A stretch of DNA of 64,000 bases from NCBI GenBank assembly GCA_965227295.1, contig OZ245742.1, positions 768,001-832,000 on the forward strand. Direction: 5' to 3'. This document shows, in pieces, positions 38,700-49,045 of the stretch (position 1 is its first letter; every line of letters begins with the position of its first letter). The position numbers and the translations under genes were made by a program. The DNA comes from Leptonemataceae bacterium (lineage in GTDB: Bacteria; Spirochaetota; Leptospiria; Leptospirales; Leptonemataceae). Under the pieces are notes generated by a model. The model saw nothing but the letters and a program-made list of their open reading frames with translations. It made no database searches and was not told the DNA's origin.

Positions 38700-40441
38700 A
38701 AAAAATCGTCATCATTCTCATCGCGGCGCTGGTACTTGTGCCGCTCCTCGGTGTGGGAGCCTGCCTCGTGGCCCAAGAAATCGAAGAGCGTCGCCTGCAA
38801 ACGCTGCTCGAACAAACCCCGAAGGACATCGTTTCCCGGATGTCGCTCGAAGAAAAGGTCGGCCAGATCATTCACATCGGCATGCGCGGCAAACGTTTGA
38901 ATCCGCTCGTGCAACGTGAGATTAAAGACTACAAGGTCGGCGGCGTCATTCTGTTTGCCGCGAACTTCGGCAACGCGAAAGAAATTCAAAAGCTCTGCGA
39001 AGATCTTCAGGAGAAGTCCCTGGAAGCCACGGGCATTCCGTTGTTCATCAGCACGGACCAGGAAGGCGGCCGCGTGGTGCGTGTGGACGAAGACGGCACG
39101 GTGCAGTTTCCTTCGGCCATGGCGCTCGGGCAAACGGGGAATCCGGAGCTGGCCGAAGACGCCGGCCTCGTCACCGGCTACGAACTGCGCAAGATCGGCA
39201 TTAACCTGGTGCTCGCCCCGGTGCTGGACGTGAACAATAATCCGAAAAACCCGGTCATCAACGTACGTTCGTTCGGCTCGCGGCCGGAGCTGGTGAGCGA
39301 GATCGGCACGGCCCATGCCCGCGGTTTGCGGCGCTCGCTGTCCGTGCCGGTCATCAAACACTTCCCCGGACACGGCGATACGGACACGGACTCGCACCTG
39401 GCGTTGCCGCGCATCCCCCGCGACCTGGACGCCCTGGAAAAAACCGAGCTGGTTCCGTTTCGTAAAGCCATCGGCGAGGGCGCCGAGGCGGTCATGACGG
39501 CGCACATCCTGTTCGACTCCCTCGACAAAGAAAATCCGGCGACACTATCCCGTGAGATTATCGAAGGTTTACTGCGCAAGAAGTTAGGCTTCGACGGTTT
39601 GGTGATGACCGACGCCATGGAGATGCACGCCATCTCGAAGCGTTATACGAACAAGGTATCCGCGAAGAAGGCCTTCGCCGCCGGTGCCGACGTCATCCTG
39701 CTGACCAGCGATGGTCCCATCGTCACGGAGATGTACGATTCCCTGCTGGAAGGATTTCAGAGCGGCGAGCTTTCGGTGGAACAGTTGGATCGGGCCGTAG
39801 AGAGACAGGTTACGTTAAAGTTTCGCCGCGGCCTGTTTCATAAGTGGCAGGCGCCGCGCACGCCGACGGACGCGCAGTTGAAAGAGTACTTTGCGAACCT
39901 GGAAGATCGCGCGCGCCAGGCCTACGAGAACGTCGAGGCGAAGTATGCGAAGCGGGGCGTTACGCTGAACGAAACCATCTCCCGCGCCGGTGTCGCATCG
40001 CTGCGCAAGGCCTTCGAGGGAATCCCGGCGGCCGAACGCGACAATGTACACGTGATCTTTCGGAGCGGCATCATGCGCGCCGAGGCACGGAACCTCGGCA
40101 TCGCCCCCGCGAATATCTACACCGCGCGGCGCAGCAGTGATCTGTATCTCGTACTAAAAAAGCGCAAGGCCGGGGAAATCTGGATCGTCGAAACGGATAA
40201 CGCCTGGCTATCCTCGTACAATCGTCTCGTGCGCATCCTGGAAGCGTCGGCCCTGGATCGTTACAAAGGGCAGTTGATCGCGCTGCACGTCGGCAACCCG
40301 TTTCTGCCCATGCGCGTTCCCGCGAACGGCGCGGTGCTCGCCTCGTTCTCGCCGACGATTGAATCGCGCAAGGCTCTCGTCTTTCGCGCCCTGAACGGCG
40401 AGTCGGTGCCCGCCGCGGACCTGACGTTGCCGGAGGAATAA
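38696..40441 (+). CDS. GH3 beta-N-acetylhexosaminidase (NagZ-like)
   Basis: DQEGGRV, APVLDV, RSFG, KHFPGHGDTDTDSH, TDAMEM. Confidence 0.93.
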   Translation: MKKIVIILIAALVLVPLLGVGACLVAQEIEERRLQTLLEQTPKDIVSRMSLEEKVGQIIHIGMRGKRLNPLVQREIKDYKVGGVILFAANFGNAKEIQKLCEDLQEKSLEATGIPLFISTDQEGGRVVRVDEDGTVQFPSAMALGQTGNPELAEDAGLVTGYELRKIGINLVLAPVLDVNNNPKNPVINVRSFGSRPELVSEIGTAHARGLRRSLSVPVIKHFPGHGDTDTDSHLALPRIPRDLDALEKTELVPFRKAIGEGAEAVMTAHILFDSLDKENPATLSREIIEGLLRKKLGFDGLVMTDAMEMHAISKRYTNKVSAKKAFAAGADVILLTSDGPIVTEMYDSLLEGFQSGELSVEQLDRAVERQVTLKFRRGLFHKWQAPRTPTDAQLKEYFANLEDRARQAYENVEAKYAKRGVTLNETISRAGVASLRKAFEGIPAAERDNVHVIFRSGIMRAEARNLGIAPANIYTARRSSDLYLVLKKRKAGEIWIVETDNAWLSSYNRLVRILEASALDRYKGQLIALHVGNPFLPMRVPANGAVLASFSPTIESRKALVFRALNGESVPAADLTLPEE

Positions 40442-40499
40442 CCGACTTTCTTTTGATATATTGAGATATCTGCATATCTCAACAGGCGGATATCTCAAT

Positions 40500-41720
40500 A
40501 TGCGGATACATCGAAACTCCGATGCCACCGGCATCTACATCCATTATCCGTACTGCATCCGCAAGTGCGCGTACTGTGATTTCTACTCGGTGGGCCTCGA
40601 AGAGTCCGGACATTACGAACGCGGGCGCGGCGTTGCTCCGGAGTTGCAGCGGGCGTATTACGACGCCCTGGTCCGGGAACTCATCACACGCGCGCCGGCC
40701 TTTCAGCGCTGCGGCCAGGTGAACACGATCTTCTTCGGCGGCGGCACCGCGTCGCTGCTCCCGCCGGACATCATCGCGGACATCCTCGCGCGGATTCGCG
40801 AGCACTTCGAAATCACCGCGGACGCCGAGATCACCCTCGAAGGCAACCCCGAAAACTTTCACTCATCGTACCTTAAGCAACTGGAAGACATCGGCGTCAC
40901 TCGCGTAAACGTGGGCCTGCAAACATTTCGCGAGGATTTGTTAGATCTGGTGAATCGATACTATGATCCGGGCCGCTACGACGAGGTCCTCGCCAACCTG
41001 GCGAACAGCAGCATCGCGGCGGTGGGCGGCGATCTCATCTACGGCTTTCCCGGACAGAGCCGCGACGACTTCGAACACGATCTGCAACGTGTACTGGAAC
41101 ACCAGGCCATCAACCATCTTTCGATCTACAGCCTTACGGTAGAACCGGGCACGCCGTACGCCGCGCAGCTCCGGCAGCGCAAGATCGCCGCGCCGTTGGA
41201 AGGATTACAGGAAGAAGTCTTCCGCGATCTGCCGGCGATCCTGCGCGCGGCCGGCTTTGATCATTACGAGGTCTCGAACTACGCGCGACCGGGCTTCGCG
41301 TGCCGGCACAATCTACGCTACTGGTTGTACGAAAGTTACATGGGCCTCGGTCCCGGCGCCCACGGCTTCGACGGCCGGTTTCGCTACGGCAATCCGCGCA
41401 ACGTGGCGGCCTGGCAACGCAATCCCGCGGGGGCGGAGCAAAGCGAGCACGAGCCGTTGAGTGATCTGCCGCTCATGTATTTGCGACTGTGCTCGGGAAT
41501 TCGCGCGGAGGTGTTTGAGCAGGTGCTGCAAGATGAGCAGTACACCGGACGCCGCGATATTGCGCGCCTCGTAACGGAACAATTCCAGCGCTGGGCATCC
41601 CGGGGCCGCGGCCTCTTCGCGGACGATCAGTTTTCCTGGAGCATGAGCGGACTGCTGAACCTCGACGAACATGTCCTCGAAATGAGCGCGGCCCTGGAAG
41701 CCGTCGCATCGACGACGTAA
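40500..41720 (+). CDS. hemW: Radical SAM heme chaperone HemW/HemN-like
   Basis: YIHYPYCIRKCAYCDF, GGGT, HYEVSNYA, HNLRYW, GLGPGAH. Confidence 0.9.
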   Translation: MRIHRNSDATGIYIHYPYCIRKCAYCDFYSVGLEESGHYERGRGVAPELQRAYYDALVRELITRAPAFQRCGQVNTIFFGGGTASLLPPDIIADILARIREHFEITADAEITLEGNPENFHSSYLKQLEDIGVTRVNVGLQTFREDLLDLVNRYYDPGRYDEVLANLANSSIAAVGGDLIYGFPGQSRDDFEHDLQRVLEHQAINHLSIYSLTVEPGTPYAAQLRQRKIAAPLEGLQEEVFRDLPAILRAAGFDHYEVSNYARPGFACRHNLRYWLYESYMGLGPGAHGFDGRFRYGNPRNVAAWQRNPAGAEQSEHEPLSDLPLMYLRLCSGIRAEVFEQVLQDEQYTGRRDIARLVTEQFQRWASRGRGLFADDQFSWSMSGLLNLDEHVLEMSAALEAVASTT

Positions 41721-41745
41721 CCGAGGGCCAGGCCGGAGCCGGGGC

Positions 41746-43374
41746 TCAATTGCGAGACATGGACAGCATGCCCACGATCATGGGCGTAATCTCCACGTTA
41801 AACATCTTACTGCGCATGGGCTCCGGCGCCTGCTGCTTTCCCCACTTAATGACCCGCAGCATTTTATCGATGTTCAGATCCACGCCCCTGGTCTTCGGCG
41901 AATGCAGCGCGACGATGTCCCGCGGCAGGTACTCCGCTTCACCGAGGATTTCAAAGATGCGTGCGGCGCCGGCCTGAGGCGGCATCGCGCCGCTTTCCAC
42001 CTGATCCAGCACCTCGCCGGCCTGCATCACCAGTCGCTTCGTAAATTCGGAGTAGGCACTGCTGTCCCGGAACATGGGCACCAGCTCTTGATTGCGGGTG
42101 GTAATGTACTTGATGACCAGGCCGAAGGCCCACAGGTCCTGGATCATGCCGAGGGCGGTCCAAACCATGATCATCGCGTTCCACAGCTCAGGATGTACCG
42201 TGGATCGATACATGTCGGCGATAAAGGCGTCCGTAGCATCCAGCGACTGCGCCAGTTTGTTCAGTCCGGCGAAGTCATCTTCCGAAAAGCGATTTTGCTT
42301 TAGAGCAGTATCCAGGCGATCCGCAATGAAGTGCACGAAATTCAGCGAGCTGATGAGCCCGGTGGAGAACAGGGGATCCACAAAGCCGTAGACGTTGCTC
42401 ATTAAGGCCCAGCGTTTACCGGCCGCGTTCTTTGCCGAGTACTGCAAACGTCCCGTCGATACAAAGGGACGCGTGGACTCCGCGTGACGCAGGTGTTCGG
42501 CGACGCTGGGAAATTGCTTCACGTATTTGAAGAACTCTTCTTCCGGACTCAGATCCGTGGGCGGATGCACGTTCCCGTCCAGAGTCACGCCCACGCTGCA
42601 CAGCTCGTTGCTTCCGTTGCGTCCGTCCTCGTTGTTGAACGGAATGATCCAGAACCAACCGCCTTCGAAGACGTGATGCATGGTACCTTCGTGCAAACTA
42701 CGCGACAATCCCTCGGAGGGGCCGATCTCATCGTACGCGGGGATATTCTTAAAGTGCGTGAAGATCGTGCGGGAGTTCGTCTTAAAACGAGTGGGCTCCT
42801 CCCGAAGATCGAGCATCTGGACGAGCTTCGAATTTTTTCCGGTACAATCGACGAAGAACTTTCCGGTAATCGTCCCTTTATCTTTCAGGCTTACCGTAAC
42901 CCGGTCATCGTCCAGATCAATGTCGGTAAGCTCCGTTTCTTCCATGTAATCCACGCCGTAGGATTGCGCGGTTTGTACCATGAAGTGATCGACCTGCTCG
43001 CGAAAGAAATGGCTCTCGCGGATGACGGGAAGCTCCGGCGGAATGAGTTGCCGGCCGTGATCCGCCAGTTGTGCCTGGCCGGGCTGATGGTAAGCGAAAC
43101 CGAACGAACGTTTGATGCCGCAGGCCTTCGCGAAGGCATGACGAGAGCGCGGCGGATTGGCCAGGTCCACCAGTTCCGGAATGTTGTAATGCTCTCCCAG
43201 GATCCACAACCAGATGGTACTCTGGGGTTGCATGGCTTCTCCCAGGGCGAACCGCGGATGGCTGCCCCGCTCGATCATGCTTACGGCATGGCCCTGCTTT
43301 GCCAGAATCGTGGCCAGAACACTGCCGGCCAGGCCCGAGCCGAGGACAATCACATCGGTTTCTCTATTCATCAC
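41746..43374 (-). CDS. Flavin-dependent halogenase, PrnC-like
   Basis: GSGLAG, HPRFALGE, GIKRSFGF (candidate catalytic Lys), GWFWIIPF (WxWxIP), FVDPLFSTG. Confidence 0.88.
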   Translation of the reverse strand: MMNRETDVIVLGSGLAGSVLATILAKQGHAVSMIERGSHPRFALGEAMQPQSTIWLWILGEHYNIPELVDLANPPRSRHAFAKACGIKRSFGFAYHQPGQAQLADHGRQLIPPELPVIRESHFFREQVDHFMVQTAQSYGVDYMEETELTDIDLDDDRVTVSLKDKGTITGKFFVDCTGKNSKLVQMLDLREEPTRFKTNSRTIFTHFKNIPAYDEIGPSEGLSRSLHEGTMHHVFEGGWFWIIPFNNEDGRNGSNELCSVGVTLDGNVHPPTDLSPEEEFFKYVKQFPSVAEHLRHAESTRPFVSTGRLQYSAKNAAGKRWALMSNVYGFVDPLFSTGLISSLNFVHFIADRLDTALKQNRFSEDDFAGLNKLAQSLDATDAFIADMYRSTVHPELWNAMIMVWTALGMIQDLWAFGLVIKYITTRNQELVPMFRDSSAYSEFTKRLVMQAGEVLDQVESGAMPPQAGAARIFEILGEAEYLPRDIVALHSPKTRGVDLNIDKMLRVIKWGKQQAPEPMRSKMFNVEITPMIVGMLSMSRN

Positions 43375-43383
43375 GGATCCTGC

Positions 43384-44217
43384 TCAGTTCGAATGATCGT
43401 AAGTTTCGATGACGACCGCGTGTTCGTGCTGTCCGCCCATCTGAGAACGGAAGCGATGAACGAATACGATCTCATCCGTTCCTTTACGCAGTTCGGTTTC
43501 AATCGTGAAGTCATCGTACAAATACAAGGGCCGGCTGAATTGCAGGTCGACCTTCGTAATGGAACGACCGAGCAGACCCTGGAGTTCCGGATGCCCTTGC
43601 AGCCCGGCGCCCATTTCGAGCAGAAGCTTCTCTCGCGCGGACGCCGCGAACACGCCGGCTTCGATGTACGACCATTGATCGGCCGCTTCGCAATCATGAC
43701 GATAGATGCGATGACTGACCGAAGAAGTCGCCACTAACTCGTGATTGCGCAGTTTGGCGATCTGCGGTTTCAATCTCCAGCTCACAATGCGTTTGGTGAT
43801 TTTGTCCGGCGGAAAGTAGTCCAGCACCGGCGAACCCACCGGTTCCGGTGAGGCGGCCCACTGGCCGTCTTCCAGTCGCAAAGGACAGCCCAGCATTTCC
43901 AGCGAGGCGAAATGACCCTGGCCGTTTCCGAAGAAGGCTTCCCCCCAGATCACCGTGCGTTTGTTTACGAGTTCCATTTCCGTGCTTACGTTAAAATCTT
44001 CGCTGTCAAAAAACGTGTGCGGCTTTAAGTAGCGAATCCGGGCCCCGAGCACGGCAATGCCGAACTGATCTTCAGTCAGCAGCTTCGGAAAACTCTTCAG
44101 ATGCGCCTTCACCGTCTGGGCCCAACTGCGCATGCCGATTTGCAGCACCGCCCGCGGTTGCATTTGATGCGAGTCGAACAGACTCGTGTCGTGGAGAACG
44201 TTCAGTGTAGTTTGCAT
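43384..44217 (-). CDS. Putative double hot-dog (thioesterase-like) protein
   Basis: Two similar halves with 'I-x-Y-x2-P' and 'LQFSRPLYLYD' strands typical of 4HBT-like folds. Confidence 0.55.
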   Translation of the reverse strand: MQTTLNVLHDTSLFDSHQMQPRAVLQIGMRSWAQTVKAHLKSFPKLLTEDQFGIAVLGARIRYLKPHTFFDSEDFNVSTEMELVNKRTVIWGEAFFGNGQGHFASLEMLGCPLRLEDGQWAASPEPVGSPVLDYFPPDKITKRIVSWRLKPQIAKLRNHELVATSSVSHRIYRHDCEAADQWSYIEAGVFAASAREKLLLEMGAGLQGHPELQGLLGRSITKVDLQFSRPLYLYDDFTIETELRKGTDEIVFVHRFRSQMGGQHEHAVVIETYDHSN

Positions 44218-44484
44218 TCAGCCCCCCGCGATCGCGGTAATAATGTCCAGCCTGTCGTTCGGCCCGACTCGATTCAGCAAGGCATCTTCCTGGATCTGCT
44301 CGCCGTTCAAGAACAGCCGGTGAATGGAACGTACGGTGCCGTCCGCCTCGAACAGAATCTTCTTCAGCTCCGGATACGTCTCCGAGAGCATCTCCAGACC
44401 CTGGGCGACGTTGTCGGCCTCGGTCATGTGGTTGCGTTGATAGTTGGTAAAACGCTGCAAAGTGCCTGTTACGGTGATGTTCAT
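44218..44484 (-). CDS. MoaD/ThiS-family sulfur carrier protein
   Basis: 88 aa, LFLNGE, C-terminal AIAGG. Confidence 0.92.
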   Translation of the reverse strand: MNITVTGTLQRFTNYQRNHMTEADNVAQGLEMLSETYPELKKILFEADGTVRSIHRLFLNGEQIQEDALLNRVGPNDRLDIITAIAGG

Positions 44485-44524
44485 ATACTTGCTTCTCCCT
44501 GTGATCTTATGGTTGATTACTTCG

Positions 44525-45685
44525 TTAAATGAAATCGAAGAGTGTTTGCACGCCGGTATTGACTTCCAGTACGTCCTGCGCCCCGGCCCCGGGGATCATG
44601 CCGTAGCAATCACGCACGTAACGTTCAATGGGATTCGAGCAGAGATACGCGTTGCCGCCCATCAACTCAAAGGCCCACCGGGTTACATTCACGACGGCTT
44701 CCGTGCATTTGTACTTGGCGATGGACGGCGTATCATCAAAGGTCCCGTTCAACTCCGCCCCGGTAATCGCATCCAACGAGCCGTAGATCAGAGACTTCGC
44801 GGCCTCGTACTCCACGCGCATGCGGCCCAGCTTCGCCTGGACGGATCCCAGGGCCGAGATGGGCTGGCCGTGACGCACCGTTCGATTCAGGTGATCCACG
44901 CAGAGATGGATCGTGCGGGCCATGCGTCCCAGGGAAGCGGCGGCCAGCAGCGTGCGGCGCGGGTTTAAGAATTTCTGGACGTGCGTTAGTCCGCCGTCCG
45001 GAGCCAGAATTCTGTTTTGCGGAACTCTAACATCTTCCATGACGATCTTAGCGAGTCCGGCGGAGCGAAAGCCCATGGTTTCCAGCGGCACCAGACGCAT
45101 CCCCGGATCACCGGGTTCGAGCATGACCACGCAGAGTTCATCCGCGGCTTCATCGACGACGTAGGTCATGAAGGCGTCGGCGAGCATGCCGCCCGTCACC
45201 ATCACCTTCTCGCCGCGCACGACGAGGTCGTCGCCGTCTCGCTTCGCGACGCTTTTCAGATTCAGCCCGTCCGCGTTTTCGGTATAAGCGAACGAGGCCA
45301 GGGTATCGCCCGTAGCCAGGCCGCGAACGTAACGATCGATGAGATACTCATTGCCGGAGGAATGGATCATGTTCGCCACGGCGGGAAAGAGACTGATCGT
45401 CAGTCCAAACGAACCGTCATCGCAAATTCGTCCCATCCGCTCCAGCACACGCCCCCACTGCGCTGCCGTACAACCGCGGCCCCCCACTTCCACGGGCAAC
45501 GAGGCCCGTAACAGCTCGCAGGCTTCCGGCGTTTTTAACAGCGCGCGATCGAACGTTTCGCACTTTCGGTCCCGCTCCGCGCATGTGCGGGATACCTCCG
45601 CCAGGAAACTACCCGCAACGGAGTCTACCCACATGGGAATATCCTCTAACTGCTCGCCGATCGACTCTTGCATCTTAACGTTCAT
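44525..45685 (-). CDS. Acyl-CoA dehydrogenase family protein
   Basis: SFAYTE, GEK-x2-VT, TMGFRSAG, VQAKLG, MGGNAY, ERYVRD. Confidence 0.88.
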   Translation of the reverse strand: MNVKMQESIGEQLEDIPMWVDSVAGSFLAEVSRTCAERDRKCETFDRALLKTPEACELLRASLPVEVGGRGCTAAQWGRVLERMGRICDDGSFGLTISLFPAVANMIHSSGNEYLIDRYVRGLATGDTLASFAYTENADGLNLKSVAKRDGDDLVVRGEKVMVTGGMLADAFMTYVVDEAADELCVVMLEPGDPGMRLVPLETMGFRSAGLAKIVMEDVRVPQNRILAPDGGLTHVQKFLNPRRTLLAAASLGRMARTIHLCVDHLNRTVRHGQPISALGSVQAKLGRMRVEYEAAKSLIYGSLDAITGAELNGTFDDTPSIAKYKCTEAVVNVTRWAFELMGGNAYLCSNPIERYVRDCYGMIPGAGAQDVLEVNTGVQTLFDFI

Positions 45686-45890
45686 TTGCGGCTCCCATCC
45701 GAACGATGGCGCCGCGGTGTTGCTTTGCGAGAAGATTTAGCCGGACATAGTCGGAATCCGGAGAAACACTCCCCAAAGGAGAGAGTGTCGCGCGATTTGC
45801 TGCACCGGCAACGATTTAGATGCTGACGATTTCGGTGACCGGGGCGGAATACTGGCTGTAAAACTATATATGGAAGCAGGTTGGAGTAAC

Positions 45891-47051
45891 ATGAAATCAC
45901 AAACAGTCAACAAACCACTCATTGCGAGCGAGAGCCTGCCGGAACTGGAGCCCGCGGAGGTCCGCCGTTACGACCGGCACATTATTCTTCCGAACGTTGG
46001 CCGCGAAGGACAGCAGAAACTCAAGGCCGCGCGCGTACTGATCATCGGCGCCGGCGGCCTGGGCTCACCCATCTCCCTGTATCTGGCCGCGGCGGGAGTG
46101 GGAACGCTCGGCCTGGTTGACTCCGATACCGTGGACGAATCGAATCTCCAGCGCCAGGTGCTCTACGGTTCCCAGGACCTGGGACTTTCCAAAGTAGACA
46201 GAGCGGAAGCCCGTCTCAATCAATTGAATCCCCGGACGGAAATCGTAAAGTTCAAAGACAGACTGAGCTCGGCCAACGCCCTCGATATCATCGGGGACTT
46301 TGATCTGGTCGTGGACGGTACGGACAACTTCCCCACGCGCTACCTGGTCAACGATGCGTGCGTCATGCTGGGCAAGCCCTTCTGTTACGGCAGCATCTAT
46401 CAATTCGAAGGGCAGGCGTCCGTCTTCCATCACGCAGACGGGCCGTGCTATCGCTGTCTGTATCCGGAACCGCCGCCGCCGCACCTCGCCCCTTCCTGTT
46501 CCGAGGGCGGCGTGTTCGGTGTTTTGCCTTCGATCATCGGTTCGATCCAGGCCACGGAAGCGATCAAGCTCATCCTCGGCCAGGGAGATGTCTTGAGCGG
46601 ACGTTATCTACTCTTTGACGCGCTCTCCATGGACTTCCGGGAGCTCGCCATCAAACGTAAGTCGGACTGCGCCGTATGCGGGGATGCGCCGACGGTGACC
46701 GACCTCATCGACTACAATCAATTTTGCGGCCTGCCCCCGGTTAACACGGACCCGGGTTACAAAGAAATTACCGGCGCGGATCTCAGGACCCTGCTCGCCG
46801 AAACGAATCCACCGGTGCTGTTGGATGTTCGGGAAGACCATGAGCGCGCCGTGGCTCTCATTCCGGAGTCCATTCACATTCCCATGCACGACGTCGCGTC
46901 TCGCCTGAGCGAGCTGGACGCGCAGCGACCCACCGTCGTGCATTGTAAGATGGGCGGACGTTCCGCGAAGATTTGCGGTACGCTGCTGGCCGCCGGCTTC
47001 ACCGACGTCAGTAATCTCAAAGGTGGAATCGACGCGTACTACGCCGGGTAA
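45891..47051 (+). CDS. moeZ: MoeB/E1-like adenylyltransferase-rhodanese fusion (MoeZ)
   Basis: RYDRHI, GAGGLG, SNLQRQ, PCYRC, C-terminal rhodanese DVRE...HCKMGGRS. Confidence 0.93.
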   Translation: MKSQTVNKPLIASESLPELEPAEVRRYDRHIILPNVGREGQQKLKAARVLIIGAGGLGSPISLYLAAAGVGTLGLVDSDTVDESNLQRQVLYGSQDLGLSKVDRAEARLNQLNPRTEIVKFKDRLSSANALDIIGDFDLVVDGTDNFPTRYLVNDACVMLGKPFCYGSIYQFEGQASVFHHADGPCYRCLYPEPPPPHLAPSCSEGGVFGVLPSIIGSIQATEAIKLILGQGDVLSGRYLLFDALSMDFRELAIKRKSDCAVCGDAPTVTDLIDYNQFCGLPPVNTDPGYKEITGADLRTLLAETNPPVLLDVREDHERAVALIPESIHIPMHDVASRLSELDAQRPTVVHCKMGGRSAKICGTLLAAGFTDVSNLKGGIDAYYAG

Positions 47052-47077
47052 CCGGCGGTACGCGAGCCGCTCCGTGT

Positions 47078-48517
47078 TTAGAACTGAAAATAAATAAACT
47101 GCCCGCTCGCGTCGCCGTAGACCGTCACCAGGTAACCGACCACGAACGTGCCGACGAACACTAATACGTAACGAAGCACAGTTTGCCGGCCGAGCCATTC
47201 TTTGATGCCCGGGTAGTACTGCGGAATGTTAAACAACAACGCCGTAAGACTCAAGAGCAACGTGCCGTCGAAGGACCCCACGGGATTCGCGCGCTGGAAC
47301 GTGAAGATGCCGTAAAAGAGATCCATGGCCTTATCGAAACCCGGGGCCGCGAAGAACACGGCGGTGTAAGCAAACAACAGATACGTACGCGCGCCGCGCA
47401 AAAAGTTCGCCCAACGGGCGTCATCGGGTAGAATCTGCCAGCCGCGTCCCACCGTAAACTGTTCCCAACATAATATTAAGCCGAGCAGCACGCCCCATAC
47501 GAACATCGTCCAGGTGGCCCCGTGCCAGAGGCCGCCCAACGCCATAGTGATTAACACGTTAACATATACCCGGGACGGCCCGACCCGCGAACCGCCCAGC
47601 GGAATGAAGATGTAATCGCGCAACCACATGGTGAGCGTGATGTGCCAGCGTCGCCAGAGCTCGCGCATGGACTTCGCGAGGAACGGACCCGCAAAGTTTT
47701 CGGGAATCTCGTAGCCGATCATCTTCGCCATGCCGCGGGCCATGTCCGTATAGCCGGAGAAGTCGCAGTAGACCTGTGAGATGAAGGCAATCGGAGCGAG
47801 GATCAGGGCCGTGGCGTCGTACTCGGCGGGGTTTTGCCAGAGCGGCGTCATCACCATGCCGATGCGATCGGCGATCAGCACTTTCTTAATGACGCCCTGT
47901 AAAACCAGCAACGAACCGTTCAGCATCTTATCCCGGGACGGCTGCGGATTGTCGATCTGCGGAATGAAATCCGAAGAACGCATGATCGGCCCGGCGATGA
48001 ATTGCGGAAAGAACAGAATGAAAATGACGTACTTGCGAAAGGAAACGCCGGAACTAACGCCGTCTACCTCGGTCTCTTTGATCTCGCCGCGATACGCGTC
48101 GACGAGAAAGGCGACGATCTGGAACGTATAGAACGAGATGGCGATGGGCAACTCGATGCCGAAGTCGTAGTCTTCGATCCAGTTGCGCCGCAGGTCGGCG
48201 ATGTAAGGATCCCCGATGAGCACGCCGGCGGATTCTGCGAAGAAATAAAAATACTTAAAGAATGCAAGGTTCCCGATGTCTATGACCAGGCCCACGATCA
48301 ACGGCCACAGCATCTTGCGTTTCATAAGCAAGGCGCTGAGATAGTAGTTTATGCAGATCAGCAGTAGAAAAACGCCGAGGAAAAAGGGGCTATACCAGGC
48401 GTAGAAAATAAAGCTTGTCAGGATGATGAGAAGCTGCTTTCCTCGAACCGGCAACGGCCAGTAGAGCAGATAAAAAACAAAAAAGAGTACGAGAAAAACT
48501 GCCGAGTTGAACAGCAT
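47078..48517 (-). CDS. MBOAT O-acyltransferase (second copy)
   Basis: MLFNS, LPIAISFYTFQ, YCDFSGYTD, WRRWHI, GLWHGA. Confidence 0.95.
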   Translation of the reverse strand: MLFNSAVFLVLFFVFYLLYWPLPVRGKQLLIILTSFIFYAWYSPFFLGVFLLLICINYYLSALLMKRKMLWPLIVGLVIDIGNLAFFKYFYFFAESAGVLIGDPYIADLRRNWIEDYDFGIELPIAISFYTFQIVAFLVDAYRGEIKETEVDGVSSGVSFRKYVIFILFFPQFIAGPIMRSSDFIPQIDNPQPSRDKMLNGSLLVLQGVIKKVLIADRIGMVMTPLWQNPAEYDATALILAPIAFISQVYCDFSGYTDMARGMAKMIGYEIPENFAGPFLAKSMRELWRRWHITLTMWLRDYIFIPLGGSRVGPSRVYVNVLITMALGGLWHGATWTMFVWGVLLGLILCWEQFTVGRGWQILPDDARWANFLRGARTYLLFAYTAVFFAAPGFDKAMDLFYGIFTFQRANPVGSFDGTLLLSLTALLFNIPQYYPGIKEWLGRQTVLRYVLVFVGTFVVGYLVTVYGDASGQFIYFQF

Positions 48518-48576
48518 TCTGCCAGAAAGGGCGCCGGGACATCGATGTCAATCAGGACCGCCTCTCCCCCACTTCC

Positions 48577-48876
48577 ATGCAAATCAAAAGAGAAGGTGAC
48601 ACAGTACACATTCGTTTCGAAGGCCCCGCCACCACGGAACTGGACCGCAACGAGCTGGATTTCCCCGACGACGGCAGCGTCCGTGAATTCAACCTGGAAT
48701 TCCGCGGCGTGAAACTCATCTCGTCCATGGTCCTGGCCAGCATGATGTTCCTCATGGACCGCCACCGCGGCAAAGCGAAGATCCGTCTCATGAATCTGGA
48801 GCCGGAAATGCGCAATTTGCTCACCCGCACCGGCCTGGGCTCCTGGCTGGAGATGGCGGAAAGCTCAGACAAATAA
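48577..48876 (+). CDS. Small STAS-like protein
   Basis: LEFRGVKLISS...LLTRTGL pattern. Confidence 0.65.
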   Translation: MQIKREGDTVHIRFEGPATTELDRNELDFPDDGSVREFNLEFRGVKLISSMVLASMMFLMDRHRGKAKIRLMNLEPEMRNLLTRTGLGSWLEMAESSDK

Positions 48877-49045
48877 TTCCCCGACTCACTACAAAAAAGC
48901 TGGTTTTCCCGGGCTGGAGTCCCATACTCTTCTCCACCGATATTGCAACATGGCGTAAGTCGACCGGTAATGAGACGCGTTCTCAGAAAAAATCTTGCCG
49001 CGAGCACGCTTTCAGGCTAACGTAGAACTATAGAGAGGATCAGCC

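Noticed and set aside
42484-43737. 417-aa plus-strand ORF, and similar long antisense ORFs at 29858, 37082, 50540 and 54061
   Set aside because: Shadow ORFs opposite well-supported genes in GC-rich DNA, with no recognisable motifs
44218-47051. Ubiquitin-like anti-phage conjugation system (E1 plus Ubl)
   Set aside because: The E1 is a rhodanese-fused MoeZ and no E2 or JAB gene is adjacent; sulfur transfer fits better
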